Made by a program: the position numbers and the translations under genes. A stretch of DNA of 63,971 bases, filler included, from Basidiobolus ranarum (taxonomy: Eukaryota), in the NCBI GenBank assembly GCA_040143965.1. It is 3 parts of 3 records of this genome, joined end to end, with 100 filler letters (N's around TTAATTAATTAA, not from the genome) between each part and the next. Parts side by side here need not be neighbours in the genome. Positions count along the whole stretch, not along the records: positions 46,511 to 63,971 come from JASJQH010007179.1; 2 more parts are not named here. One strand, 5' to 3'. The notes beneath the pieces are model-generated. The model made no database searches. It was given only the letters and a program-made list of their open reading frames with translations, and was not told the DNA's origin. Shown piece by piece: positions 63,492 through 63,971 of this stretch. Numbering within the stretch: position 1 is the first letter of the stretch; every line of letters begins with the position of its first letter.

Positions 63492-63971
63492 ATGGAAACA
63501 ATACGTGGTATATATATACCAGAGGTGCATTTACCAGCGACCATTATATCATTCAAAGTCACTCCTGGAGATGATATTGAGAAATATCAAGTGGTGTGTT
63601 TATACGAACATACCTCTACTGAAGAAGTCAAGACTGAGCATGATCCTGATTTCCCCAAACAGGAATCTGATATTAAGCTAGTCATTCGAAATATTCGTGA
63701 AGAGCTTAACAGTCCTTATGAAGGCACGATTGAGAAACTCGAAGCTTCTGTCGGGGATAGAATTACTGAAAATAGGTAAGCTGCTACTGCTTTCATAGAC
63801 TTTCATATGTGTATTGGGGAATAAATATAGAAATTCTTATCTGTTTCAAGTCAAGCCATACTCACTGTCAAGGAGCCGTGTAGTCACGGGATGCAGTTCA
63901 ATGGATTATGTGCCGACTGTGCAAAAGACTGGAGTGTGTGCGGATATGAGTTGTTTTGTAGGGAATTCGAT
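63492..63971 (+). CDS. FCP1: RNA polymerase II CTD phosphatase Fcp1, N-terminal part (runs off the window)
   Basis: HLPATIISFKVTPGDDIEK...NSPYEGTI (sandwich-barrel hybrid region). After an intron at about 63775-63850, EPCSHGMQFNGLCADCAKD matches the Fcp1 Cys/His motif. Confidence 0.8.

Overview
This is eukaryotic fungal genomic DNA with short GT-AG introns and CTAAC-type branch points. It is most likely an early-diverging fungus of the Zoopagomycota (Basidiobolus-like); this is an inference from intron style, gene content and a Cys-to-Asp variant CDCA7. The window consists of three contigs joined by artificial 100-bp spacers (N44-TTAATTAATTAA-N44) at 23177-23276 and 46411-46510, so adjacency across those points is unproven. 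Contig 1 carries Ty1/copia relics, a class IV chitin synthase, an orphan 7TM receptor-like gene, a 10-exon CDCA7-like (zf-4CXXC_R1) gene largely missed by the ORF track, ERD1/EXS, a tight RidA / stand-alone Dph6-like ligase / FBXO31-like trio, a tandem GT34 glycosyltransferase pair, a RING-CH E3 and a Pcl-type cyclin. Contig 2 carries COG6 (partial), PHO85, cytoplasmic dynein heavy chain, ALG9 and succinyl-CoA ligase alpha. Contig 3 carries a 5'-truncated cystathionine beta-synthase, a Cid1/CutA-like terminal nucleotidyltransferase, solo LTRs, two secreted proteins and the start of FCP1. No rRNA, convincing tRNA or CRISPR array was seen. The most notable leads are the RidA-Dph6-like-FBXO31-like trio (a speculative amide writer/reader module), the variant CDCA7 together with near-total CpG loss in repeats, the Arg-type nucleotidyltransferase, and the GT34 duplication, whose breakpoint can be read from the sequence.
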